DNA from: Isurus oxyrinchus
Lineage: Eukaryota
Reading direction: 5' to 3'
NCBI GenBank assembly: GCA_026770705.1
Contig: JANJGN010000014.1
Location: 126,356,001 to 126,420,000, forward strand
DNA length: 64,000 bases
Shown here: piece by piece, positions 38,023-51,515 of the stretch
Position numbering within the stretch: the first letter of the stretch is position 1
Layout of the letters: each line of letters begins with the position of its first letter
Notes under the pieces: model-generated
Database searches by the model: none
The model's input: only the letters and a program-made list of their open reading frames with translations
Told to the model about the DNA's origin: nothing
Position numbers and translations under genes: made by a program

Positions 38023-40834
38023 TTCCTTTCAATTTGTTCCTTTGCAGACACAGTGTTAGGCTTACAGGCTTAGATCTTCCATGCATCTCTTCCACACACA
38101 AAACTCTTCTGTGTATACCTAGCCTTCCCTTTGACTTTGTTTGCTATTCCACTTAAATATTATTTTTCCCCCTAAGCGATCACAATGTTATTAAAGGAGT
38201 AAAGGTTTTCCTGTATAGCAATGCCTTGAACATTTTATAACTTCAATATTGGTAATAATGCAAATGATAATACTTTAGTTCACTTCAGGAAATGAATCAT
38301 ATATATGTACATGATGTGAGATACAATAAATTGTGTCCATTTGATTGTGGATAAAGGAAATGTAGTTTGAACAGTTTTATTTTTTTTGAAAGCAAAGCAT
38401 TCAGTTAGAAATCAGAATTTTGACAGCTATGCAATTGCGGAGTAATAGTCACTTTACATTTTTAATTCATGAGCTGCCAATTGCTTTCACTGTTTCTATC
38501 ATTCAATTAAAATATAACTTCAGAGCTCAAGAGGCTGACAATCCTTTCTAACCAAATATAATGGTGGACTGATTAGGGGATTATTAATCATTAATGGATT
38601 ATGAATACAGACCAAAATCTCAAGAGGCACTTCGGCTTTAATAAATGTGTGGAGTGATGTTATAGGTGAAGGTTTAAAATGCTAGATAATTTAGTGATAT
38701 ACTCAAAATTTATTGGATTCAGTGAAACATAATCTGAGTCTAATGTGCTAGCTCTTATTTATTCTAACTGGTGAAGAAAGAAATACAAATTGCGCTAAAG
38801 GAAGAGATTTAGGAAGATTCCTTTCTTTTGGATTCACAAGGTCCAAAATTTTGTTTTTTTGGGTCCAAACGACAAATTGAATGAGGTTATTGCTTGAGGC
38901 GTGAGGTTTCTTGACAGGACCACCAGGGAAGGGCGCAAATTGTTAAAATCCAGGGCCGTGTTTATCTCAGGCATCATACAACCACAACAACAGCAACAAC
39001 TTGCATTTAGTCAGTGTCTTTAACAGAGTAAAATGTCCCATGGCAGGAGCTTAATCAGGCAAAACTTGACACTGAGCCAAAGAAGGAGATATTAAGATGG
39101 GTGACAGTCATCGGTTTTAAGGAGGAGTGAGAGGTCAAATGTTAGGAAGGCATGGCCAATGATGGGATGAAGGAAGTCGGGCTTGCACAGGGGGTCAGAA
39201 TTGGAGGAATACAAGGCTCTTGGAGGGCTGTGGGGCTGAAAGAGGTTTTGGAGACAGAAATAAACCGTCTTCCATGCCTTACCTTGTGATACTGAGGTAC
39301 TGAAATCAATGGAATTAAAAATCGAGAGAAATGCAACCCTGCAATCAATTTGTCATCACCTATTTTTTCACTAATGCACAAAGTCAAAATTACCCTTATG
39401 GAGTTTATAGTTCCACCTAGTCTGTTTCTTCCCTTTACAGTCCAGCATTTAATGTCTCATTTTTTCCCCCAAAAATGCTAGTTTGATTCTCCATTATTGT
39501 TTTTGGGTTAAGCAGCATTGCAGTTTAAATATATCTCCATAAAACTCTTCCATATTCATTTCATATCCTTCTCTTTAAATAGCTCTTCCCAAGTTATTAA
39601 TTTCGTGCAGAACTTCAACACTTCAAAGTCACCATCAAATCTAGTTTCTATCTTTTTTATTCTGTGCCTTCCTAATTTCAACTCTAAAATTAACAGGACC
39701 TGGTCACCAGATATCCTCTCATTTCAATTTGTTTTGATTAGTCTCTCCTCATAAGGTGGGAGAAAATCCAACATTTTGAATTTAGATGTTCCTTCAACTT
39801 TATAAAAAAAACAAGATTCATTATGTACGTCAACAAATGCAGATTAACGTCTTTAAGTCCCAATCTATGTCAAAGAGACTAAAATACACCCACCCTTCAT
39901 TTCTGTTGAGTCCCCATTACAAACTATGTGGCGTCTGGCAGCAGTACAGCCACTTCCTTCTTATTTTGTGGTGATCTGTAACACATCCCTGATTCTAACA
40001 TAATGCTCTTTTGAATTAGCCCAAATGACTCTTGTACCAATTCCCAGTTGTTTTCAATCAGCAATACATAAACCTTGCATTATTAAGCCTTGACATCCAT
40101 TTCCTTTCTACCTTTCTCTATCCTTTAAGTGCATTTGGCCCACTCATCTTCTTCTTTAAAATAGGATTCACTACCCTCACCATATGCATCTTTTCTCTTC
40201 CTCTAATGTGTTTAATGTCAAGAGCCATCATGAGTCATCCAAAACTAGCCAACCATTTGGACCATTGTTGGCCCTGGATTTCTTATCCGTCTCTGTGAAA
40301 GCTGGGAAATCTGCTAACTATTCTGCACACATAGCAGTGGAGCTTTGGCTAGATCTAGGGACCTAAGTGCCTACTTTAAGGTGATTCTAGGAGTTGTCAT
40401 CATGTGGCAGATGGAAAATTCGTTACTGAATGGCTCCAGGGTAGTGCTGGCAGATAAGCTGCATGGAGTGTCGGTGGGAAGTCCATGGAGGAACAGGCGC
40501 ACAGGAAACCCGCAGTAAAATCATTTATATATCAAATTTGATTCTCATCACCATTTGTGACAGTATGTAATTGCCTCTTACCTAAACTTGTAGGAATTAC
40601 TCATTCAACTTATCGGAAGATTGTTGCAGTGTACTGGCCTGAGAAACGACTCACACATGGGCTTTGCTGTGAACAGCCATGTTTTACATTCTTTTTATTT
40701 ACACCTCCCAACAGGCAGGGCAGCAGAGAGGCTGTATAACAAAATTCTGAGCTCTTACTATATACAACACCACAGCCCCCTATCTGGTTTCAATTCTAAT
40801 TCATCCATTTAATTTCTAACACTCAAAACAAAAC

Positions 40835-41490
40835 AATTGTTTACCAAAGCATACGGGATCCTGGTCTTCATAAATAAAGGCACTGTGTACTAAAGCAGGG
40901 AAATGATGCCGAACCTTTATAAAGCTCTGATTAGGTCACAACTAAAGTATTGTGTCCACTGCTGATCACCACACATTGGAAATAATGTGAATGTCCTTGA
41001 GAGGCTGCAAAGGACATTCATTAGAATGGTTCCAGGATGAGAGATTTTAGCTACAATGTTAGGTTGGAGGAGCTGGGATTGTTCTTCTTGAGGCAAAGAA
41101 GATTGGGGAGGGATTTTTTAGAGGTGTACAAGATTATGACAGATTTAGATAAGGTAGAGAAGAAAGGACTGTTCCCATTAGCTCATGGTACAAGGTCTAG
41201 GGGACACTGATTTAAGGATTTGGGGAGGAGATGCAGGCGGGAAGTGAGGATGAACATTTATTTTACACAATGAACAGAAATGACCTGGAATTCTCTGCTT
41301 AAGAGGTTGGTGGAAGCAGAGATAACCAATGATTTCAAAAGGAAATTGGATGGGCACTTAGAGGAAATAAACTTGCATCGATATGGAGATAGAGCAGGGG
41401 AATGGGGCTGACTGGATTGCTTTACAAAGAGCTGGCATGGACTCATTGGGCTAGATGGCCTCCTTCTGTGCCGTAATGATTCCATGGCTC
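40835..41490 (+). mobile_element. Old CR1 LINE 3' fragment
   Basis: LYKALIRSQL.YCVH, VYKIM and CR1 3' UTR motif GGGCTAGATGGCCTCCTTCTGTG. Confidence 0.85.
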
Positions 41491-42409
41491 CTGACTTTCA
41501 GGTAAATACAGCTTCGATCATTCCTCATAATTGATGGATTCAGGTAACTTCTTCAGTGTAACTCGTTGTTACCTCCTCAATCTGTTTCTCTAGTTCAAAT
41601 CCTTAAAGGAGCTAGTCCTTCAGAAAGAACACATCCAACTTAAAGGGATCCACCATTTAAAGTTCAAGAGACAGAACTGCAAAAATGGCTCTTTGTAACG
41701 GACAATTGTCTGAAATTGGTCACGTTTTGCATACCATGATGCCACGAGACTTTGCAACTCAACTTTTGAGAAATAAACAATTTGGGAATCGAAATGAAAC
41801 AGGGATACAATGTCTATCAAGATTTAAGTGACTTGTCTTGAACTTTAAACTCCTGTGGTCAAACTGTAAAAGTGTAAATAGCACTAACAAGCTACTGAGC
41901 AATGGTACCCAGTAGATCCCTTGGAAATGCTAATTCCTTAAACCCGTTTCTTTAGGGCCAAGCTCATTTACCAATCTGATGATGCTGATAGGCCAGAATC
42001 TTCCCTATTGAAGCAGCTTCACATGTAAGTAGACTATTCACAAACCCAGGACGTGGGATTGTTGAAAGATTTAAGAAGGTGCAGTCAGGAAGGGTTTTGT
42101 GTCAATCATTGTCACAGATGTGATTTTTGTTTTATAAGGGGACAGGGGCAGTGACTTCCAAGGTAACCGTGGACAGGATTGATGATTCACACACATGTAC
42201 TCCTCTAAGTGATTGACAGGTTGAGTGTAGTTCAGAAATTAAGGAAACAGTGTTTGTAAACATTGATTTAACTTGAAGGGAACAGGGTGCTGATGTTTGT
42301 AAGCTATCAGAGTTACAATAAACTGTGACCACCCAAACATGTTCAGGTCATCTTTTAGAATTAAGAGTATAAGAGCAGAGGTGCAGGTTCACCTACCTAC
42401 ATTGTTAAC

Positions 42410-42870
42410 ATCATTCATAGGATGTGGGTATTGCTGGCTAGGTAGCACTTATTGCCCATCACTAAATTCCCTTGAGATGGTGGTGGTGAACTACAGTCAT
42501 GTGGTATAGGTATACCCAGAGTGCGATGCCGGGTGGTCCATCTGGTTTCATTTCTTATTAACTTGCTAACGGTTTGATACAACTGTGCGATTTGCTAGGC
42601 ATTTAAAAGTCAATCATCTTTCTGTGGGTCTGGAGTCACATGTAGGCCAGACCAGGCAAGGACCAGCAGATTTTGTTCCCTAAAGGACATTAGTGACCCA
42701 GATGGGTCTATTTTAAGACCAATTAATGGCTGTTTCATGGTTATCATTAGACTTTTGATCGAATCCAAATTCTATCATGGTGGGATTTGAACCCAGGTGT
42801 CTAGAGGATTACCATAGGTGTCTGGATTATTATTCTAGTCACAGTACCACTGCACAACTGCCTCTCCTCA
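42410..42870 (-). mobile_element. LINE tail plus tRNA-derived SINE
   Basis: Reverse matches to the 33.0-33.8 kb LINE tail and SINE. Confidence 0.7.
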
Positions 42871-43383
42871 CTGCTCCAAAAGCCAAGGTGAATGTGTCTC
42901 CTTAGGTAGGGGAATCCTATCCCAAATGTGCAACATTCCCTTCCTCCAGAATTTGCCCCAGTGAACCAAGAGTTTGAACCTCTCTTTAATGGGTAATGGT
43001 CCAGATGTCTTATTCTTTAACCTTTAGCTCATCTCCTGAAATTTCCCTTGTAAGACCCCCACTCTACAACAATGTATCTCATTGGTTCCCATGGGAACTG
43101 AGACCTCCAGCTTCTGCCATTCCTTCCACACATACCTGCCCTTTGCTTAAGTCCCAAACCCTAGCATCTTGGTTGCACGACACCATTTGGGATTCCCTTT
43201 CATTTTTGCAGAAGTTTCTATCACTCCTTCTAACAAAGAAGTTCCTCATAGCTGCAATGATACCTTTCTGTCCCACTTTGTATCATTGGTCTGTCTGTAG
43301 TTGCCATTCCTGTGGTTCTATCCATGTTCATAACCATTCCTGAAAATGTGTTGGGCAACTAGAGTTCCACTATTTTTGCTGAT

Positions 43384-44133
43384 GGTCTGAATTTTACACT
43401 CCCCCTCTGGTGGGTTTGTCAGCGGGTGGTGGTGATGGAGGAGGGGGAGGGGGGGTGGTGGTGGGGGGAGTTGAAGGTAAAGTTCCTCGGATGGGCTTCC
43501 CCCTGGGTTCCCAATCACCCTGACCTCTCTGCAATTTTAAGCTGGAGCAGGCGAGGCCTTGGATGACCCCTGCCCCTATGCCCCAATTGTGGCCCTTAGG
43601 TGGCCAATTATTGTCCACTTATGGGCCCTTTCCCACCCAGTCTCAATTTTTAGGCTGGTGGGAGGAGTTCCTAGGAATGGGGAAAGCCCAAAAATAATTG
43701 GGATCAGACCTCAGGTGCGAAGGGTGGGGGGGCACTTCCATTAGCAGCCCCCTTTTAACTTTGGGCTCCAAGCCCCCCCAACTTAAGGTCAGGCAACTGG
43801 AGGACCTCCCTCCCCCCAACCCCTGGCCTTTCCTCTGACAGCCTAATCCCCCATCGTCTAACCCACACCCTCCGAAGGCCTCCCTTACCCTCCCCACCCT
43901 GAGATCCACAAAACCTACCTCTTCCTGGAATTCCGGGGCTTAGCTCAGATTGGCCGACAGCTCTCTAAGGAGGGACTTCCTCTGGAGTGAGGAGCAAAAG
44001 TCCTGCCTGCAGCCACTTAATGCTCATTCGAGTGTGAATTTGTTGCGGGCCAGACAGTGTCGACGGGGGTGTGTTCCCCACCAACTCTTTGGATGACAAG
44101 AGGGGAAAACCCACCCTCCTAAAAACACTGGCC
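43384..44133. mobile_element. Harbinger-type MITE (older)
   Basis: GGTCTGAATTTTA / TAAAAACACTGGCC termini; flanks GAT and TAT. Confidence 0.6.
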
Positions 44134-44469
44134 TATGCTTTTCACATGTCCGCGAGGCTGCTACTTTTACCTTCCTTTGTGCTCCACTGTCTCCCTCCAT
44201 CTTGGTGACAGTGACTTCATGGAAAGTACCTTCTAGAAACTTTTCCTTGCATTTACTGTGTGTGCTAATTGTTCGCCAAGTTCAGATCATTTTGAGGCCG
44301 CTTTTGAGGATTTAGTGTGGCCCATACTCTGAATATCATAAGCTTAGCACCCATAGCAAGCTTTTAAATTCAGATGTGTGGCAAGGGGTCTTTGCTTTTA
44401 TTTTTTTTTTAACAATGTAGAACATTCCAAAAGAAGTTGTTAACCAGAAATTTAATTGAAACAGCAAAA

Positions 44470-45085
44470 ATAAATACTGTGGCTATAAGGTCAAGTCAGA
44501 GCTTGGGATTTCTGCCACAACTAACTCATTTGCTGACTCCCCAAATGCCTGCCCACCATCTACAAGCTATGAGTCAGGAGTGTGATGGAATACTCCCCAC
44601 TTGTTTCAATGATTAAGGCTCCAACAACACTCAACACCATCCAGAACAAAGCATCCAGCTTGACTGGCAACCCATCCATGACATTAACTATCCACTCCCT
44701 TCAACACCGATGCACAGTGGCAACAGTGTGTAATGAATCCAAGATGTACAACAGAAAATTGCATGGGCTCCTTTGATAGCATCTTGTAAACCCACAACCT
44801 CACCCACCTGGAAGAACAAGGGCAGCAAATGCACCTACAAGTTCCCCTTCAAGCCACACACCACGCTGACTTGGAACTATATCTCCGTTCATTCATTGTC
44901 TCTGTGGCAAAATCCTGGAACTTCCTTCCTAACAGCATCTTGTGTGTACCTGCACCACATGGACTGTAGTGGTTCAACAAGGTGGCTCAAAACCATGTTC
45001 TCAAGGGCAATTGGGATGACCAACAAATGCTGGCCTTGCAATCACGTTGCTACTCTCACATCCCATGAAAGAATAAAAAAAATCC
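44470..45085 (+). mobile_element. APE-RT LINE 3' fragment
   Basis: MEYSPL...TIQNKASSL and the family tail. Confidence 0.8.
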
Positions 45086-45124
45086 TTGCTCCAACTGTGT
45101 GGCAATTCTTTATAGCCGTTTGGT

Positions 45125-46520
45125 CAGGAAATTGTTTGAAATTTAAACCAAGTAGCTTGACCTTGATTGGTCAAGACATTGCCCTGAGGAATGACTCAAC
45201 GAATGGCTGTCACTTATTTTGTTTAGCTGAAACAAGAACAGGGCCCTGTGTAGCTTCCAGTATAAGCAAATGTGCCACACTGCGAGCCCAACCGACAATC
45301 TTAAATTGGTTGTCAGGGTAATTCTTAGCACATTGAGGATTATTTCGCAAATATTGTCCAATCGCAGAATCACGTCTAATGTTGGACATTGTGTTTTGAG
45401 TAATGCAAGCATGGGCTTGTTGGCTATTTTCTGTACCCTGCCCATTGCGAACAGTGGCTAGGACATATTGGTTGATATGATCCACCAGTCTTTGAGATGT
45501 ACAGCCTACATACCTAGCATCACAGTGACACTGAAATTTATATATCACATTACTCGTTTGTGTGAAAGGCAGACCTTAATTTGGTTTGACGGCAGCATCC
45601 TGATAGTGGCGAATACCACTCGTGTTGCTACTGCATAGTAATAGCGTGAAACAGCTAACTTCACCTGTTGCTCAAATTTTTAAAGATATCTTGCCCTTCC
45701 ATGGGATCTGAGGCAGACTGGGCACTTTCCTGGGCCAAAGGTGATGGCCTTGGGCCCGTTCATGAGTTTGCGTGATATACAGTATGAAATAATCTAATCA
45801 GGGTAGCCATTATCCTGTAGCGTGTTCTTGATGCGCCCTATTTCAATGTTAAGCTTGCATGGTGGGCAAATGGCTCGGGCCCTATTTACGAGGTTGCCAA
45901 TAAGACCAATCTTATAGCATTTGGAAATGTAAGAATCCCAATGCGTATACTGCCCAGTGAAGGGAGGCTTGCGGTAGACCATGGTAGAGAACCCCTGGCA
46001 GATTTCTCAACTAGTACGTCAAGGTAGGAGAGTTCATTTAACTGCTCCATTTCATTGATGAATTTGAGCATAGGATGGAGCCCATCAAGACATGTAATGA
46101 AATTGTTACAGATGTAAATAAAGCAATTGTATCATCCACATATCAGAAATATGTAAGGGTTAGGGGGTTAGCTGTCATTCCATCAAAAACACATTTCTCA
46201 TGGAACTCAGCAAATATATTTGTGAGAGCTGGGCCTGGTTCAGCTAAACAAAATAAGTGACAGCCATTCGCTGACTAATTCCTCAGGGCAATGTATTGAA
46301 CAATCAGGGTCAAGCTGCCTAGTTTCAATTTCAATCAAGACTTGGCAGTTAACTGTCAGTCACCACTAGTGGTGCATTCTCCATGGTAATGCCATTTGCC
46401 AACCAATCAGCACTCTCTTCACATACAGCATAAATTATTGTTTTCCCCCTTATATTTGTATTCTTGCGAGTTTCGCGCTGGAAAAAAAGTTTAGACCTGT
46501 CTCTTTTGTTTAGTAATATA
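45125..46520 (-). mobile_element. Poseidon/Penelope-type PLE, 5'-truncated, with inverted pLTR at its 5' end
   Basis: YVDD remnant near 46135, LSYLDVLV, VYRKPPFTGQY, IYKFQCHCDARYVGCTSQRL (GIY-YIG). 46235-46335 is the inverted copy of 45135-45235. Confidence 0.85.
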
Positions 46521-46954
46521 GAATTCTTTATATGCAAGTCAAGCTGTTGAGTCATGGTGGGGTTTGAACAGCCATACCTTGTCAAGCATCCATACACATG
46601 CTCGTCCTAAAGCCATGATTGGGCAGTGAGTGGGAGTAAGAAATCAGAATATCTTTCTTTTTTTGCCACGTGGTTAATTGTAATAATCCATCAGCATTCA
46701 GTTAAGACTTAGCAATTCAGTTAAAAAAAGACTTGCATTTATGTTGTATCTTTCACAAACATCCTGAAAAGCTTTATAGTCAATGAAGCATTAGTCATTA
46801 TGTGGGAAACAAATACAGCAGCCAATGTACACACAGCAAACTACCTCAAACAATAGTGTGATAATGATCAGATAATCTGGTTTGGTAATATTGATTGAAG
46901 GGTAAACGTTTGCAGTGATAACACCTTTACTCTTCTTTGAAATAATGACAGAAG

Positions 46955-47190
46955 CAATGCTTGACAGTTAACTGTCAGTCACCATCACTGCTACTTTCTC
47001 CATGGCAACACCTCTACCAATCAGAGTGCACTTCCCAGCCAATCAGCACTCTTTTTATATACAGTATAAATTGTTGTTTTCCCCTTATATTGGTATTTTT
47101 GTGAAGTGTCCTGATGAGTGCAAGACAAAAATCTTCGACATGTCTCTTTTATCAGCGATACTCAAGTTCTGTACTACCAAATGACTATTG
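46955..47190 (+). mobile_element. Poseidon-type PLE pLTR with hammerhead motif, inside a Deu-type SINE (about 46730-47400, minus)
   Basis: TGTC-CTGATGA-GTGCAAGAC-AAAA-ATCT-TC-GACA at 47107-47140 (G of GAAA lost); matches 46340-46520. Confidence 0.75.
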
Positions 47191-48062
47191 GCAAAGGATA
47201 CCTTGAGTTCACTTGAGAGGGTGAACAGAACGGCAGTTTAATGTCTCATCTGGAAGATTGCACCAAGAGTTTAGTGTTCCCTCAGTAATGCACAGAACTG
47301 TCAGCTTTGCTTTTTGTATCAAGTCTTGGAGTGTGGTTACAATCCACAAACTCCTGACTCAGGGGTCAGAATGTTACAAACTGAGACATTGCTGACACTT
47401 GTATGTGTCTGGTTTGTGTAGCTCAGTCACTCATGGCCAGTACACTGAAACACCAAAAGCATTAACTCTAAACGCTTCACTGGCATGTATCTGGTTTGAT
47501 TCAGGAGTAAATAAATCAAGATGTTTAGAAAGATTTCAGTTTACACTATCAAATGTTTTGTTGACAGAGGAAATTAAGTGAAGTTGATCACTGGTAGTTT
47601 GTAACAAGAAGTTCTATTAACAAGGATGCGGTCATATATGATTGGGGGAACTAGGTAGAGAGCATGACCATCAGTGATCTCGGCAGTGGAATACTAATAT
47701 TGAATACCAAGAAATAATGTCAAACATTTTCAGCTACATTGAGTTGAGCTCTGATGGAAATGCAAATTTTAAGCCACCATTATTATCCTTCTGAGAAATA
47801 GAGGTCCCTGCAGCAAAATAACTGATGAAAAAATTTCATTCGAGTTACAAGGCAAGAATTACTAGAGGGAGATAAAAACTAATTTGGGAATAATCCCTGT
47901 ATATGACATCTGAAATGATTTCTTCCTAGTTACTCTATTATGCCACAGTGATGATTAGAATGAAGATAATCATTATAATAATTAAACTGTAAGAATATAG
48001 TAAAAGTAAATTTGGTGTTTACTGACTTATAGGCTGGTGATTAGAAAGAGCTTCTATCAGAT

Positions 48063-49590
48063 TGGCTCATTCAGTAGCATACTTGCCTCTGAGTTAGATG
48101 CTTATGGATTCAAACCTCAAACCAGGTTTGAAGCATATATTCCACATTGAAAATATTTTGTATTATTAGCCGTGTCATTCCTGAGATGAGAAAGCGAACC
48201 AAGGTCAGGTTGGCCTGTTCTGATGATTTCGAAGGATGTTAAAGATCCCATGACACAACTTGAAGGACGACAAGGAGTTTTCCTGGTGAACTTGTAGGGG
48301 GTGGTGGTGTGTGTCAGTTTCACCTCTGACTTTTGAGTGGTCCGAATTATTCCCACTCCCTGGGTTCTAGACCTTGGACTTATTTGGGGGTTATGACAAA
48401 GAGCAGCAGACAACTGGTTTTGGTGCAAGAAAAGAAACTGGGTTTATTGAAGTCACAAATGAATTTATAATATTAGGATTACACTGAGATTATACAGACC
48501 TACAAGTACACTTAGTTAGGAATGGGGAACACACGACATAACGAGGGAAAATCACACTACTAAGCCCCTTACCCTTGTCCCACCCTCAAAACCTAACTAA
48601 ATTGAACTAAGAGAGGTCAGAGATCATGCTCACCAACCAGGGTTCCTTGACAGTTCGAAATCCAGCCAGGTAAGCCGGTTGCAGTTTTGGGGTACGCTCT
48701 TTGTGTCCTCTGAGTCCTGCCGTCCCCACGTGGTTCTGGTCTGTGGAATCTGCAAAGGTTCTTCAGTTGAGTAGAGGATGCGGTGGTGGCCTTGCTGTTT
48801 TCGGTTGAGTCTGCCACGCTGTGCCCCTCGCCATGATGTTGCCTGCAGGCCTGCAAACTTCCAGATCTCCTCCCTGCTTAAACTCTGCTTCAACCGCTCC
48901 AAAACTGCTCACCCTCTAAAACTGCTCACCCCCTTCATAACTGGTGGCCCAGTTATACTGTTTTTTTGAATTTCTTATCTGAAACCAAATCAAGTTTAGT
49001 TCTTTGTCTGATTTGGGCTTCTTTAGGTGATTGTTGTCTCGTTGTTTTTAATGAGCTCACATGATGTTTATCATTGTCTTCCTGTCCCCATAACTAGTCT
49101 TGAACTGAAAGCCTTTGTATATGTGGAGTATTGATAGGTTCTCATAATTGCATTGATTGCTGCCTTCCTGCCTTAGTAGTTCATAGCGATTATTTATGCA
49201 AGATTTTGATGGGCTTTAGTTTCGTGTAAGATGAAGTCTTTCTCTGGGTTGATTGTTTTAAAGAGAAGAATGTGTATTCTGTCTCCCCTCATTGTCTGGT
49301 TATAGGCAACAATCCACACTGTACTCAACAAGCCTGGGCATGTCCAGTCCCAGGCCTTCATGGGCTGCAGGGTTCTATACTTAACTCAGCAGTTGGGTCC
49401 TCTGCCATAAAAGTCCAAAAATCATACACTTGTTGATGATATGAAAAATGTGGGAATCTTGGGAACCCTTCAAACTTGCCATCTTCCATTCCTCAGTCAA
49501 AGCAGATTCAATGGCCATTTTTCCCATTTCCTGGTTTAGGGATCATTATTTGTGCAAATTGGTTGCTGCATTTGCCGACGAGACGGCAGT
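48063..49590 (+). mobile_element. Deu-domain-type SINE split by the solo LTR
   Basis: tRNA-like head and GATGAG...AACCAAGGTC...AAAGATCCCATG core; resumes after 49476. Confidence 0.6.
48293..49472 (-). mobile_element. Solo LTR (same family as 31663-32770)
   Basis: TG...CA termini, 4-bp TSD AACT (48289-48292 and 49473-49476). Confidence 0.9.
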
Positions 49591-49810
49591 TCAGCTGAAG
49601 GTCTTTGCTGCAGAATAGTAATACATTTATAATAGTTGAAACTTTATGTAGAATTTAATGAAGGAAGCACATTTCTTGACAGTAGGACTGGAAATGGGAG
49701 GCACTTCCACTCACCTGTCAGGAGCCAAAACACATTACAATGCAAATTGTAAGGATGTGCAGCAGGCGTGTGTCCCATGTGTAATCACATGGCAGACACT
49801 GACAGGCAGT

Positions 49811-50081
49811 TGTTGTAAATGTTGTTTGGTCTCACTAACAGGTCTAGAGGCTTGTATAGGTGAACATAAACCATTTATTTTTAAGCCATGACTATATGCA
49901 TAGCCTGCATGGGTGCTGTCTCCATGCTGGCTTCTTCCAGACCCCCGACCACGCACAGTCTAGCATCATGTGCCTCTCTACGTCACACCATGGTCGTGCT
50001 GTTCTCCAGCCCCACGTTAACCCTTGCTCTGCCCTTATACTACAATGTCACGCTGCTATCCCTTAAAGACATGTTACAACA
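49811..50081 (-). mobile_element. Gypsy 3' LTR (271 bp)
   Basis: Inverted termini TGTTGTAA...TTACAACA. On the minus strand it is preceded by PPT AAAGAAAAGGGGA (50082-50094) and an integrase-tail motif RLRSGRIVKPPDHL (50140-50190). AATAAA on the minus strand near 49875. Confidence 0.85.
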
Positions 50082-50504
50082 TCCCCTTTTCTTTATTTCT
50101 AAAGAACTTTCTCCTCTTCAAACAAAGTATAACTCTTTACAATACAATCAGATGGTCTGGAGGCTTGACAATTCTTCCAGATCTCAGCCTGTTATGTTTG
50201 GAGGAATGGTAGTCGCAGTTGCTTTGGGTTGCATTTGCCAATCTGACATTGAAATTATAGCACTCTGTGTTTTTGTTACTTAGTTGTTTCCATTTGATTC
50301 GCTTTTTGCGTTCCTTCGTATTGCATTTCTCTTTATCAACAACCCATCCGCTTTGCTCGGACACCGTGGGCTTGTCCCGTTCCTTCTGAAAGGAAAGTTC
50401 ACTCTGTTCATTTCTAGAGTGGACGTGGATTTTCTTTTTCCGTGGAGTGCACCATGATCTTCCTGAACATTGACGTTTCAAATGTGGAACTTTCGTTTCC
50501 ACTC

Positions 50505-51515
50505 ATTGCACAATTTCAACCAAATATTTGTTTACTCTTTTATTTTCCAATTCTTTTGCAAGCTTATGAACCTTTTCATTCAGCTCAGCCACTATTCTGG
50601 TGAATTCAGTTGTCTTTGTATCAGAGTGATTTGAGGAATTCTTACATTCACTTAACAATTTCACCTGGGCATTCAGTTCCTTTCAGAGTCTTTCTTCCAC
50701 AGTCACTGATTGCTCCTTAGATTCTTCCAATGCATATGTTAGATCCTCAACCTGTTCTTTGAATTTTCCTTTTCTGCTTTTAAAGGCTGAGTATGGTCTT
50801 CCATTTTGCACATCTCATCTTTCATGCTCTTCTTGAAGTGAGTGACACTCCAGTGTTCTCATCAGTTCTTATTTTCCATTAGCAAAGTCATCTTTCGTCT
50901 GTGAAAGTTCGTTCTCTACACTGAACATTTTTCCCTTAGCAGAGCCTCATTCCTGAGTGCTATCTTTCAAGGCCATATTCTTTGATTTTACTTCTGCATT
51001 TGTTTCCGACATTCTCGTTTCTTGATTTTCATTACAGTCATGTCACTTTTCAATGACTCAGTTGTTCTCAGTATGTTTGTATCCAATGCCTTTCTTTCTA
51101 ATTCCTTGCACTTCAGTGTCAAATTTACATTTTCCAATGTTATTTCTGTCTTTCCTTTCTCTGACTGCAGCAGAGCTTTGTCCTTGTCCTTCATTTTGGT
51201 CTCACTGTTGGCCAGGTCTGTCTCTGGCAAAATCTTAACTTGTTACAGTTCTGCAGTTGTGCTACTCATGGCTTCATCCATTCAGAGCTTGGAGAATTCT
51301 ATGGCTTTTCCTTTCAATGGTTTTCCCATTCAGTTGGTTCTTCAGCTCTTCAGTCTCTTTCTTGTACCTCTTGGCTTCCTCCTGGAATTTAGAACATAGC
51401 TGAATCTTCTCTGCCAACTGGTTCTTCAGTTTGTTCGGGGTGACATTAAATTCATTTTGCTTCTCTTCATAATTTTTCAGAGGAACAAACTTTGACCTGA
51501 GGGATGCTTTTAACA
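50505..51515 (-). pseudogene. Disrupted coiled-coil ORF: TPR-like segment preceded by a UACA/RAI14-like segment
   Basis: Manual translation KDEMCKMEDHTQPLK...KEQVEDLTYALEESKEQSVTVEERL*KELNAQVKLLSECKNSSNHSDTKTTEFTRIVAEL..EKVHKLAKELEN parallels vertebrate TPR as recalled (KEEVSRLEEQMNGLK...[60 protein letters not shown]...EKIGRLEKELEN). Upstream SKFVPLKNYEEKQ resembles UACA-family repeats (weaker). Confidence 0.65.
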
